The notes beneath the pieces are model-generated. The model was not told where the DNA came from. It saw only the letters and a list, made by a program, of their open reading frames with translations, and did not search any database. From Squalus acanthias (Eukaryota), in NCBI GenBank assembly GCA_030390025.1, contig CM059431.1, positions 107,014,001-107,078,000 on the forward strand: a stretch of DNA of 64,000 bases. The letters run 5' to 3'. Positions within the stretch are counted from its first letter, which is position 1. Every line of letters starts with the position of its first letter. Positions 35,986 to 49,789 of this stretch are shown here, one piece after another. Position numbers and translations under genes: made by a program.

Positions 35986-37208
35986 TAAAATTAACTGTTT
36001 CGAACTACTTCCATTTTTTAGAATGATGTGGTTTCCAACTCCAGAACAGACAGTGAGATCAACATTGTTCAAAATTGGCTTCTGAAGAGCCATGTAATTA
36101 AAGTGAACAAGTCAATCGTTTAGACGCCTTCTTGAGCCTGACATCAAGCAAGTAAAAAGGTTATTTCTTGGGAGGCCGAGAACATTGGACGGTGCTGAAA
36201 TACCTCATCTCATCAGCAACATCTAACATGTTAACATAAAGTCAGGTTCAAGGCATGATGTGCTCCCACACAATGTGCGGCCAAAACGGACAGCTCTGGG
36301 GAAAATACCAACACAAACATTTTACAGGTGAGATTTTCAGCCTTGCTTTGTACAGGAGACTCTTTAGCTTTTCATTTCATATTCACTTAATAACAGGGCT
36401 TCTATTTCATTCGTCATAATAATAATAGCCTGATAAAGATTTGCTGCTTAATTAAGGATATGTAATCTCACGTATTTCAAACAGTGAACTATTCTTCTAT
36501 GTTTAATTAATCAGACATTTTCTTCTTTCCTAGAGATTAAAGTGAGCACATGATAAAGGCAAGTATTATGCATCCAGAGTAAACAGAATATTTTTCTTGC
36601 TTTGTCACTTTTCTCCTGAAGCGGCTGGGTTCAAGGTTCCAGTAACCCTCCGCTAACTTGCCACATGCCCATTTTTCATGTATGAGCCTGAGTGATAGGT
36701 ATTGATGGGCTGTTGAGTTGTGAGGGGCATAATTTCCTCAATCAATGCCCACAACACATGACTAGAGTTGCTGAATATCGGACAGCAATGGGAATTCTAG
36801 ATAATTCACCCTCCCCTTCTCTCCATAGTACAGGAAGCGTAAAATCCCAATGTCAACCTAGCTGCAGTTGCCTAATGAGCCACCGACCAGGTGTCTGACG
36901 TGGAACCTTTACAATCCAGATCTCGGTGGTGCGCCATACACGGGACTTTCCCCTGGGGACATTTAAAAAGCTCCCTAAAACATTGCAAGCAAAGCAATCA
37001 GCACTCCCGGCACAGAACAGCTGGTCTCAGAGAGCACAGATCTGACGGATGGAAAATCACAAGCTTCGGACCTAATATTTCCTAACTTGCACTCCCTGCA
37101 AGCATTGGGTTCCGGGAATCCAATCACAGAATCGGCCCTAAAATGTTGTTGACGGCCATTTGTCTGTTGTGTATATAGATACAGTCATTCATATATACAT
37201 TCTTCCTT

Positions 37209-37657
37209 TTATATCACGCCTTTCATGACCTCAGGATGTCCCAAAGGGCTTTACAGCCAATTAAGTACTTTTTCAAGTGTAGTTACTGTTGTAATGTAGG
37301 AAATGCGACAGCCAGTTTGTGCACAGCAAGCTCCCACAAACAGCAATGTCATAAGGATCAGATTTTTTTTTATGATGTTGATTGAGGGATAAATATTGGC
37401 CCCAGGACACCGGGGATAACTCCCCTGCTCTTCTTCAAATAGAGCCATGGGATCTTTTACATCCACCTGAGAGCAGACGGGGCCTCGGTTTAACGCCTCA
37501 TCCGAAAGACAGCACCTCCGACAGTGCAGCACTCCCTCAGCACTGCACTGGGAGTGCCAGCCTAGCTTTTTTGTGCTCAAGTGTCTGGAGTGGGACTGTG
37601 AACCTCACAATCTTCTGAGTCAGAGGCAAGAGTGCTACCCGCCGAGCCAAGGTGACA
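37209..37657 (-). mobile_element. Full-length Deu-type SINE
   Basis: Reverse complement of 33886-34345. Confidence 0.88.
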
Positions 37658-37732
37658 CAATATTCCTACTCTTCTGAGTTTAAATCCTTTGCGTGTTGGA
37701 AGTAAAAGTTCAGCCGAGCCTGCCGAGATAAC

Positions 37733-38470
37733 AGGCCAGATCTTGCTGGAGCGTGCGCCACTGATTAGACTTTTCCCACACCCTTCAGCTCGATTATAAT
37801 TTGCACCATAACTTGCTGGGAGTACGAGCTGATAACAGTGCGGCGAGGGCACAGGGGCATCTGGGACCTCGGTGAACGACGGGACCAACAGTCTATCACC
37901 TTAACCAATGAGATTGAAGGATTGAGAAAGAAACAGAGGAACAACGGAGCAGGAGGGTGAGTTAGAGTCAAATCAGCTACAGAAAGAGAGTTAAAGAAAA
38001 GAAAGATTGGGTGAAGAGAGAGGAGAGAAAAAAGAGACAGAAAGGAAAAGCAGAAAAAAAGTTTAAATTTTAAATATTAAAAATCTCTAAGAATTTACTC
38101 AGAATTTACAGGAATGAGACTCAACAGTGTAAGTTGTTCCCTTTCTGGACCGGAGAGGTTGATTGGCAACTAGAAGTTGATAGACAATTATCACATCTTT
38201 AAAAGGGTACTTACACTGTTAAGTACGAGCCCTAACTTTCTGCGGCGAGTTCAATAGGCAATTAATGTACAAATCCAGCAAGTTCTTAAAAATAACAGGG
38301 CGTTTGTGGGGGAGATGCAAATGGCGGAGCGGCTTAAATCGACCAGCAAGTTATGGAGATTTGCAACTCACGGCGTACCTCTTCTTCGCTTGAAGTTGCT
38401 GGCCGATTTTTCCATTAATAACGGCATGCGTCGTAAACTCGCCGTTACTTTTCCCAGGAAGATTTGGTCC
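37733..38470. mobile_element. Harbinger-type MITE
   Basis: Imperfect TIRs AGGCCAGATCTTGCTGG / CCAGGAAGATTTGGTCC. Confidence 0.65.
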
Positions 38471-39075
38471 AAATTGTTGAATGGCCAAAGCATCATACAT
38501 TGTGTTGAAAAAAGGACAGTCCAGTTTCAGCTAATCGGAGACCATTGTTTGGAGATGTGGATCTCAGCTTGACATTGCCCTGAGAATGTACCACTTTCTA
38601 CTTTCTACTTCCTTGAGCAAGGAATGTCACCCTCCCTATAAGTCATGTGTTAAGTATCAGGAACATTTGAGTTAATTTCAAGCACAAGATGAAACGTACA
38701 AAAATGTTTCCTTTGTATTTTCAAATCACATTCACTTCTGATAGCAAATCCCATTAAATGTAGTAACCCAGCCCTCCTCAGTAGTGAAGAGTAATTCTCC
38801 ACCCCCAGCACACTGACACTTGTGATCTCATTCTTGCTTTGTGCTCTTGATCACTGATCTGAAGAATACATGGAAATTTGACGTGCTCTCTCACTGATGC
38901 AAGCAGATCAAACTTTCATATTCAGAACTCCTGATTGACCAAGCGTTTGGAATCAGCCTTCAAACAATCAAAGGTGAATATTAGTGATGTGGGCTCCAGC
39001 TCCAGAATGGAGCAGAGGTTGGTGGAGTAGCTCGTGAATAGGCAAGTTTGGATGTTAAAATAGAAATGTAAAAAA

Positions 39076-39918
39076 GGAACAGGAATAGGACATTCAATTA
39101 GATCATGGCTGATCTGTACCTCAACTCCATTTACCTGTCTTTGTTCCCTTGATACCCTGACCTAAGAAAAACGTATTAATCTCAGTCTTAAAAATTTTAA
39201 TTGACCCAGCATCCACAGCCTTTTGGGGGGAGCGAGTTCCAGATTTCCACTACCCTTTGTGTAAAAAAGTGCTTCCAGATTTCACTCCTAAATGACCTAG
39301 CTCTAGTTTTAAGATTATGGCCTCTTGTTCTGGATTCCCCCACCACAAGAAATAGTTTCTCTTCATCGACCCTATCAAATCCTTTTGTCATTTTAAACAC
39401 CTTGATCAGATCACCCCTCAACCTGTTAAACTCAAGGGAACACAAGCTCAGTTTATGCAACCTGTCCTTATCATTTAACCCTTCAAGCCCTGGTATCATT
39501 CTGATGAATCTACGTTGTCCCCTTTCCAAGGCCAATATATCTTTCCTGTCCAAATCTAAATGCAGTGCTTCAGATATGGTCTGACCAAGGCTCTGAACAA
39601 CTGAGGCATCACTTCCTCACTATTGAATTTCAGCCTCCTTCATTACCCTGATTGATTACTTTTTGTACCTGTGCACTAGCTTGTCATGATTTATGTACCT
39701 CAATCTGTTTGCTCCTCCACAGCTCTTAGAATCGCACCATTAAGAAAATATTCCGATTTTGTCTTTCCCTGATCATTGTGGATGAGCGCACACTTCACAA
39801 CATTGAACCCCATCTGCCACAGTTTTGCCCGCTCACTTGGTCCGTCTATGTCTCTTTGCAACTTCCGGCTCCCAGCTGCACTACTTGCCGTGCCACCTAA
39901 CACAGTGTCATTGCAAAC
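39076..39918 (-). mobile_element. Older CR1 3' fragment
   Basis: ORFs 39197-39553 (QRRFIRMIPGL...RGDLI...RTRGHNLK) and 39700-39903. Confidence 0.88.
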
Positions 39919-39919
39919 C

Positions 39920-40230
39920 TTGTGAAAGACCCGGTGCAGAAGATCCCTGGCTTCGCTCTACAGCGAAGCTTACGGGCAACCTTAACCCGCATCCACAGAA
40001 ACCACGGCAGATTCAGATAATTGAGTCACAGTGTGCGACTGTGGTCGCCCAGAACAGAGCATGGAACGTTTAATGATTCAATGCCCAATTCACAAATACA
40101 AAGGAGGCATCACAGCGATGCACTCCGCTATCCCTGGTGCAATTATCTGGCTTAACCACCTAAACGTAAAATGATAGTAGGTGTTCTACATCTACATCAG
40201 ACACACAAAGTAGTAGTATTGCAAGTAGTA
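39920..40230 (+). mobile_element. 3' end of a Vingi/Ingi-like LINE
   Basis: Manual translation gives DPVQKIPGFALQRSLRATLTRIHRNHGR, then CDCGRPEQSMERLMIQCP...GGITAMHSAIPGAIIWL*, resembling the Vingi C-terminal zinc-knuckle region. Short 3' UTR and (GTA)n tail. Confidence 0.7.
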
Positions 40231-40249
40231 TGACGAGCAGCCAGTTGTC

Positions 40250-40594
40250 GTGGTGCACATAGGCATCAACGATATAGGTAAAAAACGGGATGAGGTCCTA
40301 AAAGCAGAATATAGGGAGTTAGGAGGTAAATTAAAAAAGAGGACCTCAAAGGTAGTAATCTCAGGATTACTACCAGTGCCACGTGCTAGTCAGAGTAGGA
40401 ATAGGAGGATATTTCAAATGAATACGTGGCTAGAGGAATGGTGCAAGGGGGAGGGATTCAAATTCCTTGGACATTGGAACCGGTTCTGGGGGAGGTGGGA
40501 CCAGTACAAGCGGGATGGTCTGCACCTGGGCAGGGCCGGGACCGATGTCCTAGGGGGAGTGTTTGCTAGTGCTGTTGGGGAGGGTTTAAACTAA
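40250..40594 (+). CDS. CR1 ORF1 SGNH/GDSL esterase-like domain, 5'-truncated
   Basis: VHIGINDI (block III GxND) ... DGLHL (block V DxxH). Confidence 0.85.
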   Translation: MVHIGINDIGKKRDEVLKAEYRELGGKLKKRTSKVVISGLLPVPRASQSRNRRIFQMNTWLEEWCKGEGFKFLGHWNRFWGRWDQYKRDGLHLGRAGTDVLGGVFASAVGEGLN

Positions 40595-43145
40595 AGTGGC
40601 AGGGGGTTGGGAACCTGAGCAGGGAGACAGAGGAAAGGGAAACAAGGATAAAAGCTAAAGACAGGAAGGAGAAAAACAAAAGTAGAAGGCAAAGAACTCA
40701 ACAGTTTAAATCAAACATGGTCACAGTAAATAATAATTCATATAGGTCTGAGAGCGTTAAAAAAACAAGCCTGAAGGCTTTGTGTCTTAATGCAAGGAGC
40801 ATTCGGAACAAGGTGGATGAATTAGCTGCGCAAATAGAGGTAAATGAATATGATTTGATTGGGATTACAGAAACATGGCTCCAGGGTGGCCAAGGCTGGG
40901 AACTCAACATCCAGGGTTATTCAATATTTAGGAAAGATAGGCAAAAAAGAAAGGGAGGTGGGGTAGCATTGCTGGTTAAAGAGGGGATTAACACAATTGA
41001 AAGGAAGGATATTAGCTCTGATGATGCGGAATCTGTATGGGTAGAACTGAGAAATAACAAGGGGCAGAAAACGTTAGTGGGAGTGGTATATAGACATCCA
41101 AACAGTAATACGGAGGTTGGGGATGGCATTAAAAGGGAAATTAGAGAAGCATGCAGTAAGGGCACAGCAGTCATCATGGGTGACTTTCATTTACATATAG
41201 ATTGGGCTAACCAAATTAGTAAAAATACTGTGGAGGAGGAATTCCTAGAATGTTTACGAGATGGTTTTCTGCAACAATATGTCGAGGAACCAACCAGAGA
41301 TCAGGCCATCTTAGACTGGGTATTATGTAACGAGAAAGGATTAATTAGCAATCTTGTTGTACGAGGCCCCTTGGGTCAGAGTGATCATAATATGATAGAA
41401 TTCTTCATTAGGATGGAGAGTGAAGTCGTTGAATCAGAGACTAGGGTCCTGAATTTAAATAAAGGAAACTACGATGGTATGAGGCGCGAGTTGGATAAGA
41501 TTGATTGGGGAATGTCACTCAAGGGGTTGACGGTGGATAGGCAATGGCAAACATTCAAAGACTGCATGGATGAACTACAGAATTTGTTCATCCCAGTTTG
41601 GCACAAGAATAAAACAAAAAGGGTGACTCAAACATGGCTAACAAGGGAAATTAGGGATAGCATAAGATCCAAGGAGAGGGCATATAAATTGTCCAGAAAA
41701 AGCGGTAGCCCTGAGGATTGGGAGCAGTTTAGGATTCAACAAAGGAGGACAAAGGGATTAATTAAGAAGGGGAAAATAGAATATGAAAGGAAGCTTGCTG
41801 GGAACATAATAACTGACTGTAAGAGCTTTTATAGATATGTGAAGAGAAAAAGATTAGTGAAATCAAGTGTAGGTCCCTTGCAGTCAGAAGTGGGGGAAGT
41901 TATAATGGGGAACAAAGAAATGGCAGACCAATTAAATGCATATTTTAGTTCTGTCTTCACAAAGGAGGACACAAATAACCTCCCAGAGATGTTGGAGAAC
42001 ATACGGTCTGATGAAAGGGAGGAACTGAAAGAAATCACTATTTGCAGGGAAATGGTGTTAGGGAAATTGACGGGAATGAAGGCCGATAAATCCCCAGGGC
42101 CTGATAATCTACATCCTAGGGTACTTAAGGAAGTGGCCCTAGAAATAGTAGATGCATTGCTGATCATCTTCCAACATTCAATGGAATGTGGAACTGTACC
42201 CATGGATTGGAGGGTAGCCAATGTTACCCCACTATTCAAAAAGGGTGGTAGAGAGAAAGCAGGGAATTACAGACCGGTAAGCCTGACATCGGTATTGGGG
42301 AAAATGCTGGAGTCCATTATAAAGGATGTAATAGCTGAGCACTTGAAAAACAGTGACAGGATCGGACAAAGTCAACATGGATTTACAAAAGGTAAATCGT
42401 GCTTGACTAATCTACTGGAATTTTTTGAGGATGTAACTGGGAAAATAGATAAGGGAGAACCAGTAGATGTGGTGTATTTGGACTTTCAAATGGCTTTCGA
42501 TAAGGTCCCGCATAAGAGATTAGCATGTAAAGTTAAGGCACATGGGATTGGGGGCAAGGTATTGACTTGGATAGAGAACTGGTTAGCGGACAGAAAGCAG
42601 AGAGTAGGAATTAATGGGTCTTTTTCCGAGTGGCAAGCAGTGACTAGTGGGGTACCGCAGGGATCTTTCCTTGGACCCCAGCTATTCACAATATACATTA
42701 ATGATCTAGATAAGGGAACTAAATGTAATATCTCCAAGTTTGCAGATGACACAAAGCTGGGTGGGAGTGTGTGCTGCGAGGAGGATACTGAGAAACTCCA
42801 GGATGATTTGGACAGTTTGGGTGAGTGGGCAGAAGCGTGGCAGATGCAATATAACGTGGATAAGTGCGAGGTTATCCACTTTGGTGTCAAAAACAGAAAG
42901 GCAGACTATTATCTGAATGACAATAGATTGGGAGAAGGGGAAGTGCAACGAGACCTAGGTGTCCTTGTGCACCAGTCGCTGAAAGTAAGCATGCAGGTGC
43001 AGCAGGCGGTGAAGAAGGCAAATGGTATGTTGGCCTTCATAGCGAAAGGGTTTGAGTATAGGAACAGGGATGTCCTGCTGCAGTTGTACAGTGCCTTGGT
43101 GAGACCACACCTTGAGTACTGTGTGCAATTTTGGTCACCTTATCT

Positions 43146-44865
43146 TGTAGAATTCGCAATATAATCGCGATTTTATAAATAAGGAGAAAACACATAGTTT
43201 CGTTCGAACAGCTTTATTTCAGCAGAATGCTGTCAGGTTTTTCAAAGTGGACACAAGCAGCCTGTAAAATGGCCGCCATGCCTCGTGGCAGAACATTCTA
43301 GACTTTTCGATAAGCAGACAAGATGGCGTTCCAATAAGCATTTGTGCGAGATCGGACAAGACTCAGCACATTTGAGATAAATCACAAGACATAATGGGTT
43401 TGCATTTTACACATAAATACTGGAATCGGTCTCCCAGGTGCGAATAAGGGCTATTGTACAGAGCGATCAAGAACCCATCCAGAGACATTAATATGCAAAA
43501 TCCCCACGACTCTATGATGAGAGAGCCGTTTGCGGGTAGTTACAGAAACATTTGGAAGCCCCAAAAGCCCTCCAGGGAGAATACTGACCAGTTACACAAT
43601 GGGAGAAGTATTAACGGGTACTCAGGCAGTTACAAGTATCACCGAAACCCATTAAACGGAGATCACCCTATACAAGAAGTTTGGGCGCCAAAACCCTAAC
43701 AAAAGAAAAGACATTAAGATTGGGCGGGAAGAGGGGAATTTCAGCACTATAACTGTAAGCTCCAACCGTCCATCTTTCTCTTATCCTCTTGCCTCTTCGC
43801 CTGCGACGCTGTCTTTTGACTCTTGCCGCTTGACTCTTTCTTCGCCTGCGACTCTGACTCTTGCATCTGCCTCTTGCTGCTCGACTTGCTGGAAGACTAT
43901 CGAACTTTCTGATCCGCCAGGATCAACCTCGTGGCTTGCCGCGAAGATCTGTGTGGAACCGGGCTGTGAAGCATTGAAACGGGCACACCATCCCGAGAAG
44001 TCGGTAAACGGTGTTGGAACCGAAGGCCCGAGATGAGATGAGATGAGATGAGATGAGATGAGAAGAGAAGAAGACGACCATACGTATCGCCACGGTCAGT
44101 AAGCCCCGACCGTGCCTGTAGGTCGAATAGACACTTTCCTTGCCCAGGAAGACTATCTTTTGAGTTTTACAGAACTGGCATCGGAAGACCATTCTTCGAG
44201 TTTTATCGCATCGGGGCGAGGGCACAGGAAGACTATTTTTCGAGTCGTGTAAGAACTCCGAGGACAACACAGATCTTCATGACAGCAGACGGTCCAGCCT
44301 GCTAGCCGGAGCAGAAACGAGTAAACAAGTGGGGTACAGAGACCCCTGATCAACACGTGGGTGATCAGGTGCTGCGGTAAAAACATCCGAGCAGAGTTTT
44401 CGGAATTCTCCGAGTTATCACGAGTGGTGAGCATGAGTCTCGATCCTACAAATCTAGTTTAGAGCAGGTATTGATAGGGGAGGGTTTAAGTTTTAAGGAT
44501 AACTGTAATGTGTGCCCCCATTTACGATGTGTCGTTCGTTCCTCGTTTCCCTAAAATTAGTTACATAACTGCGTGTAAGATTGTACTGTCATTAATCTGT
44601 GCTTATGACATGTATTTCGTAATCTCGAATAATATGCAATAAAGATTTTCCATTTCGTACCATTCAACCGGGTCGACCTGAGTTTTCTCTCCATTATTTT
44701 CTCGCATCTAAGTCCAGTGTCAGAACCGTAAGGGCGAGTGGGTCGAACCACTCACAGGTGTCTAGTGCTCCCAGACTGGCTGGAGACCAGAACAGGCAAC
44801 AAGGCCTAACCTCGCACTAGCACCCAGGCTGAGCACAGAGCCACAGGCGTGTCCAAACCCTTACA
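43146..44865 (+). mobile_element. Solo LTR (family C, 1720 bp), 4-bp TSD ATCT
   Basis: TGTA...TACA termini, ATCT at 43142-43145 and 44866-44869, AATAAA at 44638 and no coding content. Confidence 0.92.
44030..44062. repeat. (GAGAT)n microsatellite within the LTR
   Basis: Directly visible. Confidence 0.9.
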
Positions 44866-45399
44866 ATCTGAGGAAGGATGTTCTTGCCATGGAAGGAGTT
44901 CAGCGAAGATTCACAAGGCTGATACCTGGGATGGCAGGAATGACATATGAGGAGAGATTGGGTCGATTGGGCTTGTATTCGCTGGAGTATAGAAGACTGA
45001 GAGGGGATCTCATCGAAACATATAAAATTCTGACAGGTCTGGACAAACTAAATGCAGGAAGAATGTTCCTGATGGTCGGAGAGTCCAGAACCAGGGGTCA
45101 TAATCTAAGGATAACGGGTAAGCCATTTAGGACAGAAATGAGGAGGAATTTCTTCACCCAGAGAGTGGTGAATCAGTGGAATTCTCTACCACAGAAGGTA
45201 GTTGAGGCCAAGTCATTAAATATATTCAAGAATGAGTTAGATATATTTCTTAAAGCTAAAGGTATCAAGGGATATGGGGAGAGGGCAGGTACAGGGTACT
45301 GAGTTTGGATGATCAGCCATGATCTCATCGAATGGCGGAGCAGGCTCGAGGGGCCGAATGGCCTACTCCTGCTCCTATCTTCTATGTTTCTATGTTTCT

Positions 45400-45945
45400 A
45401 AACCTGGAGACACCACTGTCTATTCCTTCATTCACGTCATTAATATATATGGTGAGGCCCCAGTACAAATCCCTGGAGACCACCACTTGTCACATCCCAC
45501 CAGAGAACAAATGCTTAATCCCTACTCTCTCTCTCTCCTATCTCCCAATCAATTACCAACCCATGTCATAAGGTTATTTCCAAATCCAGGTGCTTTTAGT
45601 TTTGCTAATTATCTATTGTGCGAAACCTGATCAAATGCCTTCTGGAATTTTATAAAGGCAACACCCATAGACATTCCCCTATCCACCATGCTTCTCCAAA
45701 ATTCAACTAGATTCGTCAAAAATGACTTAGCCTTCACAAATCCAAGCTGGCTTTTTTTGATCAGCTCATACTTGTCCAAGTGCTCAGTCACACTGTCTCT
45801 GGTGATAGATTCCAGTAACTTCCCACCAACTGATGTTAAACTAACAGGCCTGTAGTTACCTGGTTTATCCCTCCCGACCTTCTTAAACAATGAAGTGACA
45901 TTTGCAATTCCCCAATCCATAGGCACAACTCCTGAATCCAGAGAG
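45400..45945 (-). mobile_element. Older CR1 RT fragment
   Basis: ORF 45609-45926 (DWGIANVTSLFKK...NYRPVSLTS...FQKAFD). Confidence 0.85.
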
Positions 45946-46485
45946 CTTTAGACAATCAAAATTATATAGATAAAACAAGTAATGCATGATGCAAATGAGG
46001 TTATAGTAGTGAATGCAGAAGAGTAAAGATAAGGGATCATGAAGTGAATGTAAGGAAAAGAGAAGCAGAACAAAAATCATTTTTAAAAGTTTTCTTTTTT
46101 TTTAATCAAGCACATTTTTTTAGTCGTGTTACAATGATGCTGCAGTAATAAGGCTACTCTCAAACTCTGCATTACAAGAGTGTTGTTATTAGGGAATTGT
46201 GCAGTGTTATGGTGTGCGGGCTTCAATTTTAAAAATATGTTTAGCTCCAGGATTGCAAAATTCTCTCGAGGTGCTGACAGTGTAAGGGGATAAAACATTC
46301 AGACACGTATAAAATTAATGTTTTACATAGCAGTCACACACCTTCCCTAAACTTCCAGTCTACCAGAAATGACAAGGATGAACCAGATAAGAAACACTCG
46401 CATTTGTGTAGCGCTGTGACAAAATATGATGCATTTCTTCGTCCAAATTTTGATGTAGTGCTTGTCTCTTTGTAACTCAGTCATT

Positions 46486-47243
46486 GGGGGAGAAATTTGG
46501 TATCGCCCTGTTTGGGGCAGTAAATTTTGAAATCCTGAAAAATTTGCACCAGGCGCGAATGATTCTCCGCTTCCACGAAATTGGCTGTTAGTGCTCCAGG
46601 AAGGATTGCCAAGCACTGCCACTTCCCTTGGAACGCTAAAGCTGGCAGGAGGGGAGGTAGCGGTGCAGCGCTGCTCAATGTCAAGGGCAGCGCTGCCTGG
46701 AATGGAGGCTCCTTCCCTCCCTTAAAGGGAAGGGCCATCGCTGCAGGCTCTGCAATGAAAAGAGATATCTTGTCACCGATGGCATCCGTGAACCGCCATG
46801 ATCAGCCCCAAGCGCTCGAGCAGATGGCAGGGCTGATCGATCGCAGCCCAAGAAAATCATGAAAAATGAACGTTAGGCTGCACGAAAAATTTATTCCCCC
46901 CTCGCAACCATCATTCCCTTTAAACAGTGCTCCCCAAGCGCCCGGCCTCCCTGACAACGCCTCCTGCAGCTGTCGGTGTTGTCGCCCGGCGATGCTGCAG
47001 GGGGCGGAACCGAATTTCGGGTCTGGGGCACTACCGGGGTGATGCGCAGGACGATGATGTCACGATCTCTGGGCGCAGGAGATCGATGCGCTCGGGGTTA
47101 CCGCCGCCGCAAACCTCCAGGTGAATTTAGAGGGAGTCGTTTCTTTCGCCGTGCCCGGGCGGTAAGTCGTTATCGCCCCATTATCACCCCCCCCACCCCC
47201 GGAGGTGCTAACGGGAGGCGCTAACCAACCAAATTTCTCCCTC
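46486..47243. mobile_element. Harbinger-type MITE, TSD ATT
   Basis: TIRs GGGGGAGAAATTTGGT / ACCAAATTTCTCCCTC with ATT on both sides. Confidence 0.88.
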
Positions 47244-47571
47244 ATTGTGTTCAGGGAGTTTAACTGCCAGTTAGGCCTGAATCTTCTAGCAGGTTTAACT
47301 TGATGCAATGTTGGCAACATCTTATTGTTATTATCTCCCTGGTAGCAGATTGAGAGGCTGTCGAACATGCAATGTTCAAATATTTACAAACTTCCGAATT
47401 GGTTCAGGTAGTTACTTTTTGAACTTGAGAGGTCAGCTCTCCAAAACCCAGGAAGTCCTGCCACAGATATTTTTTTTAAAAAAAGGTGTTGTTTGATTGA
47501 AATGGGCAGTTGAGAAAGAGGTTTTAAAACTCTCCGAAATGCAACCAGGCGTCTGCTTGAAAAGAAGCAAT

Positions 47572-48315
47572 GGGCCAAAAATTCATCCCGCTGCGTGAGA
47601 GTACGCACTGTGTACTCTCGCGTATTCTCTCTCCAATTGCCGGTTTTCTGCATGCCCTGCGCATGCGCTGAAAACCGACACTTGGTCTTTTGAAAAGGGG
47701 GCGGTTCCTCGGTGCATCGCGTGCGCGCTACAGGCTGCGCGCACGCTGTGCACTTCATGCTTTGGACGCGCAGGTAAGTACGGATGATTTTAGAAATGGA
47801 AAAAGGAGGAGTAAGACCCACTTTTAACAAGGTAAGTAGTGAATTAAGTATTTTTTTGAATTTTTTTTAACAGGTATATCTTTTTTAGAGACTTTAAAGA
47901 CAGGTAAGTTTATTTTTATAACTTTTTAAAAGATTTTAAATTTTTTCAAAAATTTAATTTTTTATTTAAAATGGTTAATTTATTTAACTATACTTATTTT
48001 ATTAATGTGATGGGTTTTTTTTTAAATTTAATTGAGGTTTAGCTGTTATTTTGGGGGGGTGTAAGATTCATAGATTTCACAGCACGAATGTGAAACTTAT
48101 GAATGGAAGATGGTGTGCTGCCATTGGCTCTAACTGAGTCACGTGATCCCACAGCTCGCACGAATTCACTACGCCGGTGGGATACGCAAGCACTGCCCAG
48201 CTGATGTCTGGAACATCAAGTTCGTGCGAGCTGGATCTGAAAAAGCACAAGCGGAGTGAGAGATCGCGGGGAAGCCTTACCCCCGCGGGAACAGAGCGAG
48301 ATCAATTTCTGGGCC
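47572..48315. mobile_element. Harbinger-type MITE, TSD AAT
   Basis: Termini GGGCCAAAAATT / AATTTCTGGGCC with AAT on both sides. Homologous to 31729-32487. Confidence 0.85.
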
Positions 48316-48377
48316 AATAGGTGGACATTCCTGAAAGGAAATGAAAACACTGCGTGTATTTAAAGGTTATACACCAG

Positions 48378-49150
48378 TAACTGCTTGCATTTGTGTAGCA
48401 CCTTTAATGTAGTAGAACGTCCCCAAGCACTTCACAGGAGAGTTATCAGATAAAATTTGACACTGAGCCACATAAGGAGATGTTAAGACAGGTGACTAAA
48501 AGCTTAGTCAAAAAGGTAGGTTTTAAAGAAAGAAAGACTTGCATTTCTACAGCGCCTTTCACGACCACCGGATGTCTCAAAGTGCTTTACAACCAATGAA
48601 GTACTTTTTGAAGTGTAGTCACTGTTGTAATGTAGGAAACGCGGCAGCCAATTTGCACACAGCAAGGTCCCACAAACAGCAATGTGATAATGACCAGATA
48701 ATCTGTTTTTGTTATGTTGGTTGAGGGATAAATATTGGCCAGGACACCAGGGATAACTCCCCTGTTCTTCTTCGAAATAGTGCCGTGGAATCTTTTACGT
48801 CCACCTGAGAGAGCAGACAGGGCCTCAGTTTAACTTCTCATCCAAAAGACGACACTTCCAACAGTGCAGCGCTCCCTCAGCACTGCACTGGACTGTCAGC
48901 CTAGCTTTATGTGCTCAAGTCCCTGGAGTGAGACTTTGAACCCATAACCTTCATGACTCAGAGGTGAGGGTGCTACCAACTGAGCCACAGCTGACACTAA
49001 GGAGAGTCTTGAAGGAGGAGAGAGAGGTAGAGAGGCGGAGAGGTAGAGGGAGGGAATTCCAGAGCTTAGGGTCTCGGCAGCTGAAGACACGGCTGCCAAT
49101 GGTGGAGTGATAGAAATCGAGGATGCTCAAGAGGCCAGAATTGGAGGAAT
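48378..49150 (-). mobile_element. L2 3' fragment interrupted by a SINE
   Basis: Same sequence as 32918-33220. It resumes after 48997. Confidence 0.8.
48526..48997 (-). mobile_element. Full-length Deu-type SINE
   Basis: Reverse complement of 33886-34345. Confidence 0.9.
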
Positions 49151-49789
49151 CTCATTGCTGCTTCAGGGATCTTGCTACATCCAAATAGTATACGGAAGTA
49201 ATTTGTGTGACTGCATTTGTAAAGTAACTTATGTGAAGTGTTCAGACTCTGGAGATATGCAAGTGGCCAGAATTGGAGGACCACAGAGATCTTGTAGGGT
49301 TGGAGGAGGCTACGTATGAGGGGTTGGAGGAGCATGGATGGTGGCACAGCTGGGATGGCTGGGTTGTAATTTGGGGAAGGACCTGGTACCGTTGGTCTCT
49401 ACCCCTTTTTGGCTTTGAACTTTCCGACCGCATCCGCTGCCCGCACCCCGCCCCCCCCCGCCAACCCCTCACCACATGTGATCATCACCGGAAGAGGCAG
49501 GACTGGGGGATGACATCATCCATCTGAAATCGTTCCATTTCCACTACACTTGACCTCTTGTTGCGCTGTGACATGATGCAGAGCTTACCGGGATCAAATC
49601 CTGACAGAAGTGAGGCCCACAGCTGCCTGAAGTGTAGGCCAATCGATTGCGGTCTGGTGATTCTTTTTAGATTTCAAATCACCAGAAGGGCTGGCCTTTA
49701 ACGTAACGCCAATGTACTGCTTGGCAAATGTCCTCCCCATAGCACCCCCTACCCCTCCATGCAAACCACCCTAACACTGGGCTTTGGCT

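Larger units (their letters stand above)
40717..45302 (+). pseudogene. CR1 ORF2 (APE endonuclease + reverse transcriptase), join(40717..43145,44870..45302)
   Basis: Open for 809 codons up to the LTR and resumes in frame (SPY-L-RKDVLAMEGVQRRF). FADD RT motif present. Confidence 0.93.
40233..45397 (+). mobile_element. Young CR1 LINE (ORF1 esterase C-terminus + ORF2), interrupted by a solo LTR
   Basis: ORFs 40250-40594, 40717-43164 and 44889-45302, followed by the 3' UTR and (TTCTATGT)n tail. Confidence 0.96.
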
